Part shown: in pieces, positions 20,724-29,963 of the stretch
How the letters are laid out: every line of letters starts with the position of its first letter
How positions within the stretch are numbered: position 1 is the stretch's first letter
NCBI GenBank assembly: GCA_021811265.1
Contig: JAJZPH010000004.1
Span: 396-64,395, forward strand
DNA from: a bacterium
GTDB taxonomy: Bacteria; Chlamydiota; Chlamydiia; Chlamydiales; SM23-39
Direction: 5' to 3'
Length of the DNA stretch: 64,000 bases
Program-made: the position numbers and the translations under genes
Notes under the pieces: model-generated
Database searches by the model: none
What the model was told of the DNA's origin: nothing
The model's input: only the letters and a program-made list of their open reading frames with translations

Positions 20724-21857
20724 TCAATCACCATTGAGGAGTTCTATAGCATGAGCAAACTGGGGAGATTCGATATGGGAAAAAATCTCATGCAGCAACA
20801 GTTTTAATTCCATCAGGGTATTTTCTGTGACACTCAAGTCTAGTTTTCCTTCCAGTCGGTCTTTTGCAAATTCACTAATGGGGGGTACTTCAATGAGTTC
20901 ATATTCTCGTATGCCCTCCGGGGTGATTCTATCTAATGCATCAAAAGTCCACTTCAGAAAAACTACTTGCTTCATGAGATAGAGTATCGCTTTTTCTTTT
21001 GTCGAAGGTTTTCTTTCCAGATAGCTTTCAAACAAAAGCTCTTCATGGCTAGGTCTGGAATAAAAGCTGGTTGCTGCTGCTACCATTGCAAGGTCATAAA
21101 AGGGATCGCCGGGTCCCGCAGCTTCGTAATCGATTGCTTTGCATTTATTTTCCAGAAATATAATGTTCCTCAAATGCAAATCGTTATGACAGGGAGCAGT
21201 TTTTCGATAGGGTAGTAGAGCTTCGCGTATTTCTTTGAGCGTTTGTTCTATTCTTGCGATGGGAATATATAGGTTATATTTAAACTTATTTTTTTGAATT
21301 TCATAGTCAATTCGTTGCAGTGGGTCGTAGAATTTCCGGTCCAAAAAAGGTTTTCCTCGATGAATCTTCTGTAGAAGCTGAGCGAGAGCTACATAAAATC
21401 GGTCTTGTTGCATATCTTGGTAGGTAATTTTTCCCTTGCCGTCGAGATATTCCATGATACAGATGCCTTTTGATGGATCTGCAAAATAAATCTTTGGTCC
21501 ATATCCGTTCTCATGGGCTATTTTTAAATTGTCAATCTCGCGCTGCCATTTTTGTTGAGATTCTTTTTTCATGAACCGAACGACATATTTTTCCGTTCCA
21601 TCGGTTGCAAGAAATAGATAAGATCCGCTATGCCCTCCTGTAAGCTTTTGTGCGGTTACTGTTCCAGGCAGGGATAACCCCTCTTTCACTACAGCTGCAG
21701 CATCTTTTTCGTCTGGTTGTGATGATGTTGTGCAGGAGGAGATGATGAATAGAAAAAAAATAGCGGCATAGGCTCTTTTGAATGGTCGCGCCAGGTTCCA
21801 TATGTTTGTTTTGTGGGGGAAGTTGCGATCAGGTGTTTGTGTTGCTGCCTTGCGCAT
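20724..21857 (-). CDS. kinase-fold protein (aminoglycoside phosphotransferase / choline kinase family) with a lipoprotein signal
   Basis: CHNDLHLRNIIF (HxDxxxxN catalytic loop) and a downstream IDYEAAG (DxE/D metal site). The N-terminus from the ATG at 21857 has a basic n-region, AAIFFLFIISS-C lipobox. The ORF could extend to 21989. Confidence 0.65.
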   Translation of the reverse strand: MRKAATQTPDRNFPHKTNIWNLARPFKRAYAAIFFLFIISSCTTSSQPDEKDAAAVVKEGLSLPGTVTAQKLTGGHSGSYLFLATDGTEKYVVRFMKKESQQKWQREIDNLKIAHENGYGPKIYFADPSKGICIMEYLDGKGKITYQDMQQDRFYVALAQLLQKIHRGKPFLDRKFYDPLQRIDYEIQKNKFKYNLYIPIARIEQTLKEIREALLPYRKTAPCHNDLHLRNIIFLENKCKAIDYEAAGPGDPFYDLAMVAAATSFYSRPSHEELLFESYLERKPSTKEKAILYLMKQVVFLKWTFDALDRITPEGIREYELIEVPPISEFAKDRLEGKLDLSVTENTLMELKLLLHEIFSHIESPQFAHAIELLNGD

Positions 21858-22007
21858 ATATTTTCTCTTATGTTGACAACCATCTGAAGGAAAGCAGATA
21901 GATCCTTTTTTTCTTAAATAACAGATATGCAGGAATAAAAAAAGATTTGATTTCGTGTGCCCATGACATGCTTTTTTTGGCAACTGCATCGCAGATTTTT
22001 AAAAAAT

Positions 22008-23156
22008 TCAGTGGAAAAACGAGCGGATCGTATCAAAAAAACTAGCTTTTCTGGGATGGTTGGAATCGGTCTCTAACTCTCCGAAAGAGCGTAAGAGGTC
22101 TTTCTGTTTTATGGAAAGCTTAACCGGAGTTTCTACAAGAACACGGATCAAAAGATCTCCATGTCCGTGGCCATGAATGTTGGGAAACCCCTTATCCTTG
22201 ACGCGTAAAACTTTGTGGGATTGTGTTCCCTCTAAGATCGCAATGCGACAGGAATCTCCATGAGGGGTAGGGATGTCTTTTTTGCAGCCCAGAGCAGCTT
22301 CTGTAAAAGTAATGGGAAGATCGAGATAGACGTCGTCTCCCTCTCTTTTAAAAGTTTCGTGAGGCGCTACTTCAATGAAAACAAAGAGATCTCCAGCGCC
22401 GCCACCACCAAATCCGGCATCTCCATAACCGCTCATTTTTAACTGCATGCCATTGTCAATGCCAGAAGGAATATGAATTTTCACCCGTTTTTTTTCTTTT
22501 GTTCGTCCCTCTCCATGACATTTGGCACAAGGACGGGTAATGATATTTCCATGGCCATGGCAATGAGGACAGGTAGAAGACATGCTGAAAAAACCACGAC
22601 TTTGAAACACTTGTCCAGATCCTTGGCAGGAGCTGCAAGCTTGAATATCTTTGGCAGATGCGGCTCCAGAGCCTGAACAAGAAGAGCATGTTTCATAATT
22701 GGTCAGCAGGATCTCTTTGTCTGCCCCACGGATGGCCTCTGCAAAAGAAATGTTTAAGGAAATTTTTTTGCTAGCGCCTTTTTGCCCCTCGGCTGCAGCA
22801 GATTCAAATCCTCCTCCACCAAAGAGTGAGTCGAAAATCGAACCGTTACTCCCTCCAAAAGCGCCCATAAAAGTGCGGAGAGCCTCTTCCATGGAAGAAA
22901 AACCACCAGCGCCACCAGGAAAACCTCCACCCATCTGGTTGACACCTTCGGCGCCATATTGATCATACGTGCGTCTTTTATTTGCGTCGCTGAGCGCTTC
23001 ATAGGCCTCTGAGACCTCTTTAAACTTCTTCTCAGCGTCCGGGTTGTTTGGGTTGCGGTCGGGATGGTATTGCAAAGCCTTTTTGCGATAGGCTTTTTTA
23101 ATCTCTTCTGTGGTAGCGTCTTTGGAAATTTCTAAAATTGCGTAATAATCTTTCAT
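22008..23156 (-). CDS. dnaJ: molecular chaperone DnaJ
   Basis: [15 protein letters not shown]...YHPDRNP J-domain, a G/F-rich region and four CxxCxG zinc-finger repeats. Confidence 0.95.
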   Translation of the reverse strand: MKDYYAILEISKDATTEEIKKAYRKKALQYHPDRNPNNPDAEKKFKEVSEAYEALSDANKRRTYDQYGAEGVNQMGGGFPGGAGGFSSMEEALRTFMGAFGGSNGSIFDSLFGGGGFESAAAEGQKGASKKISLNISFAEAIRGADKEILLTNYETCSSCSGSGAASAKDIQACSSCQGSGQVFQSRGFFSMSSTCPHCHGHGNIITRPCAKCHGEGRTKEKKRVKIHIPSGIDNGMQLKMSGYGDAGFGGGGAGDLFVFIEVAPHETFKREGDDVYLDLPITFTEAALGCKKDIPTPHGDSCRIAILEGTQSHKVLRVKDKGFPNIHGHGHGDLLIRVLVETPVKLSIKQKDLLRSFGELETDSNHPRKASFFDTIRSFFH

Positions 23157-23198
23157 AAAAAATGAATTTTTCTCCAATGATAGCACAGAAGAGAAATT

Positions 23199-23225
23199 TT
23201 AGCAATCAATAGATTCGAGTGCTAA
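23199..23225 (-). promoter_or_regulatory. CIRCE (HrcA operator) inverted repeat upstream of dnaJ
   Basis: TTAGCAATC-N9-GAGTGCTAA compared with the consensus TTAGCACTC-N9-GAGTGCTAA (1 mismatch), 43 nt upstream of the dnaJ ATG. Confidence 0.75.
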
Positions 23226-23236
23226 AACAGAAGAGG

Positions 23237-23431
23237 TTAATACTTTTTTCTGGCGGCGGTTTTTGCTCGTTTGAAAGCAGCTTTGGATTTGGCTCTTTTG
23301 CGAACGGAGGGCTTGTCATAAAAACGGTGTGCTTTTGCCACTTTCATGACTCCTTCTTTGTCCAGCTTTTTTTTGAGTGCGCGTAGCGCTTTATCGATAG
23401 GTTCTCCAATCCGAACTTTTACTGTAGTCAT
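23237..23431 (-). CDS. rpsU: 30S ribosomal protein S21 (bS21)
   Basis: 64-aa basic protein with ...[12 protein letters not shown]...[11 protein letters not shown]. Confidence 0.9.
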   Translation of the reverse strand: MTTVKVRIGEPIDKALRALKKKLDKEGVMKVAKAHRFYDKPSVRKRAKSKAAFKRAKTAARKKY

Positions 23432-23574
23432 GAATCTTCATTCTCCAAAGGGTTCAAAAAGATGTACTCAATCGTAAGAAGTTTTCGAATAAACATCAAG
23501 GGGTTTCAGAAAATTTCTTTCTTGTTTTCGAATCTTTCGGTAAAATGTAAAAAAGTTTTTCAAGGAAGGGTTTT

Positions 23575-24890
23575 ATGAGCGGTGTATATACGATGCGTCC
23601 CGATACTTATATGCTTTTGTCTTCTGTTCAAATGCAGGCAATAGAACAGTCTTACGAAGCAGAATGCAGAGAGAGCGAATATGATCCGTCAACAATAACA
23701 GGAGAGCAGACTATGAGTGGCGAAGGGTTTTGTTGTGCTGCGGCTGCGACACCTTCTTCGATGGATCCTCGCAAACGATTGAACTTGCAACGCTTGGCTT
23801 TGCAAAGCGTATCTTCTCTTTCAAGAATAGAAGTTCCCCCAATTGAACCACCCAAGGAATACGGAGCTTATTTTGGTGTTGCTTATCCACCTTCTCCGAA
23901 AGAGGTGGGACATGGATCGACAAGAGAGGTGCTGTGTACACATCTACAGCCCGTTTCTTTTGATGGAATTGCCTCCAGATGTTTGGACAGCATGATAAAA
24001 GTCGACAACTTTTTGCGTGAGTCTTACTCAACAGTTGCAGTACAAGATCCAGAAGTAGGCAATCTTATGCGAGTTGATATTCATGACCCCCATCCCCTAG
24101 CTTATAATAATGCATTTTGGAGTATGAGGGATAAAAGGGTTCATTGTGGAGATGTAGATCCTAGGATCTTTTCTTCCTCACTTGCTGAGAATCCAGAGAT
24201 TATTGCTCATGAATTTGGGCATGCAGCCACTTTTTATTCTGCGAATTTGAGTTATGAAGGTGAAAGTGGTGCGATTAACGAGTCCATTTCTGATATTTTA
24301 GCAATTACAGAAAAACATTGCCAAGCTGGAGTAAAAGCTGGAGATCCAAAAGCGAGTTGGAATATTTGCGAACATATGGTTGTAGGTGCACGGGAAGGAG
24401 ATTCCTTGCGTTCTATGTCGAATCCAGGGTCTGGTTTTCTCGTGGCCATCCGATCCTTGGAAACGATGATCAAGTAGGTCACATGAAGGACTATATTGCA
24501 TTGCCTCTAGATCAAGACCATGGAGGAGTTCATAAGTATTCGGGCATTGGCAACAAAGCTTTTTATCTTGCCGTGACACAAGATGCTAGTCCTTCTTGGG
24601 AAAAAATGGGAAGAATTTGGCTTCATGCTGTTAAACTTTCTCCGCCTAATATTTCTTTTTCTACTTTTGCACAAAAAACTGTGGAGGCATCCATAGCTTT
24701 AGGATTCGGAGAAAGAATTTCTGCTATTGTAGCTGATGCTTGGGCCCGAGTAGGAGTTGTTTTAGGGAGTCCTCCAGTGAAAATATCTCCTACAATGGAA
24801 GCGCCTCAAGACGAAGAACTTGATAGTTCCTCAGGTGGCTCGCCAGGTTCACCAGGTAGCTCTGTACCTAGATTGTGCGAATATCAGTAA
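23575..24890 (+). pseudogene. thermolysin-like (M4) metalloprotease paralog A, disrupted by a +2 frameshift
   Basis: The ORF 23575-24477 carries the N-terminal module, NNAFW...CGD and HEFGHA...ESGAINES (HExxH at 24208-24222). Homology continues in another frame (24318-24890: RGHPILGNDDQVGH...GGVHKYSG...WARVGV). There are 2 extra nt at about 24439-24440 relative to the paralogs. Confidence 0.8.
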
Positions 24891-24964
24891 TTCTAAGATA
24901 GTTGCAAAATGTAAAGCCCACCACATCGGGGTTTTGCAATCAGCTCTAATTTTATGAGAAAATC

Positions 24965-25533
24965 TTATAAATAAAGAAGTTCGAGCTTTGGATAGGGTCC
25001 TTGAGGGAAGTTTTGGGTAAACTTCTGCATGGTTATTTCTGCCATTTGGCACAAGTCTGGAGCGCTTTCAATAAAGAGAAGTGTAGGAAATTTTGTACAA
25101 GGGGGTCTCCTATGGGACAGATATAATGATTCTTCTTTGCAAGGAAGTTTGGAACTTCGTTGTGGGGGATAAGAGCAGGAGTGCCATAAGAAATACAAGA
25201 TCCTTTTTTTTCTCCTTCCAATGCATACATTCCTCGGGTATTGGCATCCATGGCAATGAGAAAAGTGCCGTCGCTAGGAGGGGGGGTGTACACTTCAAGA
25301 GAGCAAAAGCCGATGAGGGGAATCTTCAAGGCAAAGCAAAGACTTTTAGCAACGGTTGCTCCCACTCGAAGCGAGGTGTAAGAGCCAGGTCCCTGGCTTG
25401 CGCCAATAAATCCAAGGTCGGAAAGAGCGCATCTTTCAGAAGATAGAAATTGGTGCAAACGCATGACCAAAAAGCGCGAGCAGATCTCTTTTCCCTCAAT
25501 AGAACAGCAGGCGAGAGGAGTCTTCTCTTTCAT
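24965..25533 (-). pseudogene. degenerate duplicate of tsaB (5'-truncated, frameshifted near the 3' end)
   Basis: By eye roughly 85% nucleotide identity to 26228-26866. It lacks the first ~25 codons, and the C-terminal PKLELLYL end is in a different frame (ORF 24965-25198) from the body (25033-25533). Confidence 0.75.
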
Positions 25534-25685
25534 AGAGCACCTCCATAGGCAAAAATCCTATCAAAGGTGACATTTCTACTTTGGAAAAAGGTGACATTAT
25601 CATTTTGGGCTTACATTCAAAAAATTTCTTTTCGTTTTTTTTCGCTTTTCAGTAGAATTTATATGTTTTTAAAGGAGGCTTTTTT

Positions 25686-26129
25686 ATGAGCAGCGAAATA
25701 TATCCAAAGCGCTCTGCTTTCTGTTTGTTGCCTATTGAGCAAATGCAAATGATAGAACAGTATTACGAAGCAGAATGTAGAAAAAGCGGACATGATCCGT
25801 CAAAAGTAAAGAAAGAGCAGGTCAAAGAAGGGGAGCCACTATGTGTTTCACGATTGGCTTTGCAACGTTTGTCTTTACAAAGGTTGAGGAGCCCTTCTCC
25901 TTTACAAAGATTGAGAAGTCCTTCTCCTTTACAAAGGTTGAGGAGTCCTGCTACTCCTTCAGTATGCTCAGAAGGCACAAGTGATGAAGCTTTCGCTGAT
26001 TGGAAAGGGCGTAGTGAGTCAAGAGAAACGATAATGCTGATAGAAAGAGTTAGATCTGCAAAAATTAAAAGGGAACTATTTGAAATGAAAATGTATGAAA
26101 AACTTCGATCCAAATCGTGTTCAATGTAA
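25686..26129 (+). CDS. truncated M4-family paralog B: N-terminal module only, with a tandem LQRLRSPSP repeat
   Basis: LLPIEQMQMIEQYYEAECRKS and RLALQR motifs are shared with the other paralogs, and the upstream region matches that of 23575. There is no protease domain. Confidence 0.45.
   Translation: MSSEIYPKRSAFCLLPIEQMQMIEQYYEAECRKSGHDPSKVKKEQVKEGEPLCVSRLALQRLSLQRLRSPSPLQRLRSPSPLQRLRSPATPSVCSEGTSDEAFADWKGRSESRETIMLIERVRSAKIKRELFEMKMYEKLRSKSCSM
25874..25954 (+). repeat. 27-bp tandem repeat (about 3 units) inside ORF 25686-26129
   Basis: TTACAAAGGTTGAGGAGCCCTTCTCCT occurs about 3 times with point differences and encodes LQRLRSPSP. Confidence 0.85.
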
Positions 26130-26227
26130 TAATTCTTTTTAAAAATTTATCCATGGAAGACTTTTTTCTGCAGGATTTTTTCGGAAGCTGGAAGAAGAAA
26201 TGTGGATATTTGTTCTGCAAAAACATC

Positions 26228-26866
26228 TTATAAATAAAGAAGATCGAGTTTGGGATAGGGGCCATGTGGGGGTTTTTGGATAAGCTCTTGCATGGCTATT
26301 TCTGCCATTTGATGTAGGTTGGGAGTGTTTTCAATGAAGGGAAACGCGGCAAACTTTTGTACAAGAGAATCGCCTTTCGGACAGATCTGCTGGCTACTCT
26401 TTGCAAAAAGGTGGGGAACGTCTTTATGGGCAATGAGAGCAGGATTGCCACAAGTAATACATGATCCCTTTTTTTCTCCTTCCAATGCATACACTCCTCG
26501 GGTATTGGCATCCATGGCAACGAAAAAGGTGCCATCGCTAGAGGGGGTATACATTTTGAGAGAGCAAAAGCTGATGAGGGGTATTTTCAGGGCAAAGGCA
26601 AGGCTTTTAGCAACGGTTGCTCCTACTCGAAGCGAGGTGTAAGAGCCAGGTCCCTGACTTGCACCAATAAACCCAAGGTCGGAAAGAGCGTATCTTTCGG
26701 AAGATAGAAATTGATGCAAACGCATGACCAAAAAGCGCGAGCAGCTCTCTTTTCCCTCAATAGAGCAGTGGGTGAGGGGAGTCTTTTCTTCAATAAGGAC
26801 GAGATGGGTAGGTTCGGTGGAGGTATCGAGAAGAAGGCCCAATTTTTTAAAAGTTGTATTTGACAT
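26228..26866 (-). CDS. tsaB: tRNA threonylcarbamoyladenosine biosynthesis protein TsaB (YeaZ)
   Basis: 212 aa with the GPGSYTSLRVGATVAKSLAFALKIPLI motif (TsaB GPGSFTGLRIG...). It is divergent from lon. Confidence 0.85.
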   Translation of the reverse strand: MSNTTFKKLGLLLDTSTEPTHLVLIEEKTPLTHCSIEGKESCSRFLVMRLHQFLSSERYALSDLGFIGASQGPGSYTSLRVGATVAKSLAFALKIPLISFCSLKMYTPSSDGTFFVAMDANTRGVYALEGEKKGSCITCGNPALIAHKDVPHLFAKSSQQICPKGDSLVQKFAAFPFIENTPNLHQMAEIAMQELIQKPPHGPYPKLDLLYL

Positions 26867-27010
26867 GGAAAAGATAAATTTGCAACTGTTAAAAACAGGT
26901 TGTTAAAGCAAGAAATTATACCATCTTCTGCAAAAAAAAGAGAAGCCATTAAAAAAATTGACTTCATAGCAGAGTATGTAGAAAATTATAAGTAAATTTG
27001 CGAGGTTCCT

Positions 27011-29521
27011 TTGATCGAAAATCCCAATGAAAATAATGAAGAGTTTATTACTACACCTATAGACGAAGAAGTAATCGGAGCCAACAAAGAGGCAAAAAAA
27101 GAGAACACTCCCTCCATTGCCTACCCTACAGAAGTTTTTGTCCTCCCCTTGAATCGCCGTCCTTTTTTTCCTGGTATGGCGGCCCCTATTTTGATTGAAA
27201 GGGGAGCCTATTACGAAGTGTTGAAACTTGTTGCGAAAACCGAGCACAAGTGTTTGGGGCTTTTCTTGACCAAAAAAGAGAATGTCAACATCTATAAAAT
27301 TTCTCCAGAAGACCTCCACAACGTGGGCGTGCTTGCACGTATTTTGCGCATTATTCCCTTGGAACAGGGAGGCGCACAGGTTGTCTTTAATATGGAAAAG
27401 CGCATTTCGCTTATCGAGGCAAAAAGCAACAAGTTTTTGTCTGCAAAGATTGCCTATCACGACGATCCCCCTCTGCAGAATTTGAGCAAAGAGTTAAAAG
27501 CCTATTCTATCAGTATTATCACCACAATTAAAGAACTGCTCAAATTAAACCCTCTATTCAAGGAAGAACTGCAAATATTTTTGAGCCATTCTGATTTTAC
27601 AGAACCAGGAAGACTGGCCGATTTTGCGGTGGCTTTGACAACTGCTAATCGTGAAGAACTACAGGAAGTGCTTGCTGCTTTTGATCTCCAAGTACGCATT
27701 GATAAGGCGCTGCTTTTGTTGAAAAAAGAGCTGGATCTTAGCAAGTTGCAGAGCACGATCAACCAGCGCATCGAAGCGACCATTTCCAAAGCCCAAAGAG
27801 AGTTTTTTCTACGAGAACAGCTCAAGGCAATCAAAAAAGAATTGGGAATGGAAAAAGATGACAAGACGATCGAAATTGAGAAGTTTGACGAAAGATTGAA
27901 GAAGAGAAAAGTTCCCGAAGAGGTATTGAAAATCATAAAAGAAGAAAAAGAGAAGCTCTCTGCTCTCGAGGTGATGTCGGCGGAGTATGGAGTAAGCCGC
28001 AACTATTTGGACTGGTTGACCATTGTTCCCTGGGGAATTTTTAGCAAAGAGACGACCGATGTAAACAAGGCGCAAAAGATCCTCGAAGAGGATCATTATG
28101 GGCTTAAGGATATCAAAGAGCGCATTTTGGAGTTCATAGGGGTGGGAAAACTTTCTGGAGGTGTCAAGGGCAGCATCATCTGTCTTGTAGGGCCCCCAGG
28201 AGTGGGCAAAACGAGTATTGGCAAAAGCGTTGCAAGAGCGCTCAATCGCAAGTTCTACCGATTTTCTGTAGGCGGAATGCGCGATGAGGCTGAGATCAAG
28301 GGACATCGTAGGACCTATGTGGGAGCAATGCCTGGAAAAATGGTACAAGCATTAAAACAGGCTCAGACGATGAATCCCGTGATTATGATCGATGAAGTGG
28401 ACAAGATGGGTGCGAGCTACCAGGGAGATCCCGCTTCTGCTCTTTTGGAGGTACTGGATCCCGAGCAAAACAAGAGCTTTCACGACCATTATCTTGACGT
28501 AGATTGCGATCTTGCCAATGTACTTTTTATCGTAACGGCCAACGTTCTGGATACCATTCCAGAGCCATTGAAAGATCGCATGGAAGTGATGCGCCTTTCA
28601 GGATATATCTTGGAAGAGAAGGTGCAAATTGCAAAAAAGTATCTCATTCCTCGCAACCGCAAAAGCATGGGGCTCAAATTAGGAAACATTCAATTTACCG
28701 ACGACTCCCTTGCAAAAATGATCGATGGCTATGCTCGAGAATCGGGCGTGCGAACGCTCGAAAACCAGATCAAAAAAATTATGCGTAAAGTGGCGCTCAA
28801 AATCGCACGTCGTAGAAAAACTAAAAAAGTCACCATTACTCCTTCCAATTTGAGTGAGTATCTGGGAAAGCCTGTTTTTACTTCGGATCGTTTTTATGAA
28901 AAGATGCCCATAGGTGTATGCACAGGGCTTGCCTGGACCTCTCTTGGTGGTGCTACTCTCTATGTAGAAGCCATGCGTGCTTCCAGCGAAGACAAGACAG
29001 TGACCAAGCTGACAGGGCAAGCGGGCGATGTCATGAAAGAGTCCTTTCAGATTGCCTGGAGCTATTTGCATAGTTCTTCGGAAAAGTATGCTCCGGCAGT
29101 TCCTTTTTTTGCCAAATCAGAAGTGCATGTGCATATTCCCGAAGGAGCCACTCCAAAAGATGGGCCCTCCGCGGGCATTACTATGGTGACCGCTCTGCTT
29201 TCACTCTTGCTTCAGGATCCAGTGAGCGACAAGCTTGCGATGACTGGCGAAGTGACTTTGACGGGAAAGATATTGCCCATAGGAGGCCTTAGAGAAAAAT
29301 TGATTGCTGCGAGAAGGTCGGATATCAAAACCCTGATTTTTCCTAAAAACAATCTCCGTGACTATGATGAGCTGCCCGAATATTTGAAGAAGGGGCTCAA
29401 AGTGCATTTTGTCGACCATTATGAAGAGGTTTTTAAAATCGTATGGCCCAAGAGAAAAATTCATGAAAAAGTGTTGGAAAAACGAGTGTCAAAAAAAGAT
29501 TCTTCCGCCAGAAAAAATTGA
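27011..29521 (+). CDS. lon: ATP-dependent Lon protease
   Basis: 836 aa with an LON N-domain, Walker A GPPGVGKTS, and the PKDGPSAGITM catalytic Ser region. The start is TTG after GAGG, and no upstream in-frame ATG exists. Confidence 0.95.
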   Translation: MIENPNENNEEFITTPIDEEVIGANKEAKKENTPSIAYPTEVFVLPLNRRPFFPGMAAPILIERGAYYEVLKLVAKTEHKCLGLFLTKKENVNIYKISPEDLHNVGVLARILRIIPLEQGGAQVVFNMEKRISLIEAKSNKFLSAKIAYHDDPPLQNLSKELKAYSISIITTIKELLKLNPLFKEELQIFLSHSDFTEPGRLADFAVALTTANREELQEVLAAFDLQVRIDKALLLLKKELDLSKLQSTINQRIEATISKAQREFFLREQLKAIKKELGMEKDDKTIEIEKFDERLKKRKVPEEVLKIIKEEKEKLSALEVMSAEYGVSRNYLDWLTIVPWGIFSKETTDVNKAQKILEEDHYGLKDIKERILEFIGVGKLSGGVKGSIICLVGPPGVGKTSIGKSVARALNRKFYRFSVGGMRDEAEIKGHRRTYVGAMPGKMVQALKQAQTMNPVIMIDEVDKMGASYQGDPASALLEVLDPEQNKSFHDHYLDVDCDLANVLFIVTANVLDTIPEPLKDRMEVMRLSGYILEEKVQIAKKYLIPRNRKSMGLKLGNIQFTDDSLAKMIDGYARESGVRTLENQIKKIMRKVALKIARRRKTKKVTITPSNLSEYLGKPVFTSDRFYEKMPIGVCTGLAWTSLGGATLYVEAMRASSEDKTVTKLTGQAGDVMKESFQIAWSYLHSSSEKYAPAVPFFAKSEVHVHIPEGATPKDGPSAGITMVTALLSLLLQDPVSDKLAMTGEVTLTGKILPIGGLREKLIAARRSDIKTLIFPKNNLRDYDELPEYLKKGLKVHFVDHYEEVFKIVWPKRKIHEKVLEKRVSKKDSSARKN

Positions 29522-29963
29522 GGAGGTTGTATGCAGCATCCGAAAGGATGGGAAAAAAATTGCAACTCTCAACGGCTCTTTTGATCTTTTGCATGCAGGT
29601 CATTTGCACATTATTTTTGAAGCTTCTTTGGTTGCCGACGTTTTGATCCTAGCACTCAATAGCGATGCATCGATCCAACGCTATAAGAGGCCCGATCGGC
29701 CGATCATTCCTTTGCAAGAGCGGCTTGCAATGATTGCATCTTTGAGCTGCGTGGACTATGTCACTTGGTTCGAAGAGACCGACCCGAGAGAAATTCTAAA
29801 GCGCATTCGGCCCGACGTGCATGTCAATGGAGCAGAGTATGGAGCTGAATGTATCGAAGCTTCTGTTGTGCGCCAAGGAGGCGGAAGGCTGCACCTTGTC
29901 GCGCGCATCCCTTCACTTTCAACTACAGAAATTATTGAGAAGATTCGAACATGCGATCTATAG
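29463..29963 (+). CDS. cytidylyltransferase-family protein (RfaE domain II-like heptose-1-phosphate adenylyltransferase)
   Basis: NGSFDLLHAGHLHII (GxFDxxHxGH) and the C-terminal SLSTTEIIEKI motif. The start is uncertain; the ATG at 29463 overlaps the lon 3' end. Confidence 0.7.
   Translation: MKKCWKNECQKKILPPEKIEEVVCSIRKDGKKIATLNGSFDLLHAGHLHIIFEASLVADVLILALNSDASIQRYKRPDRPIIPLQERLAMIASLSCVDYVTWFEETDPREILKRIRPDVHVNGAEYGAECIEASVVRQGGGRLHLVARIPSLSTTEIIEKIRTCDL

Noticed and set aside
24430-24480. Programmed ribosomal frameshift joining the two halves of paralog A.
   Set aside because: The shift required is +2/-1 at GGTTTTCTCGTGG, which has no canonical slippery heptamer and no downstream pseudoknot that I can see. 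A simple 2-nt indel relative to six paralogs is the more economical explanation.
25874-25954. Possibility that the short tandem repeats, or the GC-rich repeats, represent a CRISPR array.
   Set aside because: The repeats are contiguous 27-bp coding units with no spacers. The 58-nt repeats are 3.7 kb apart. No cas genes are present.
26903-27460. 185-aa minus-strand ORF upstream of and overlapping lon.
   Set aside because: It is antisense to the lon N-terminal domain and the tsaB-lon promoter region, with a Phe/Asn-rich shadow composition.
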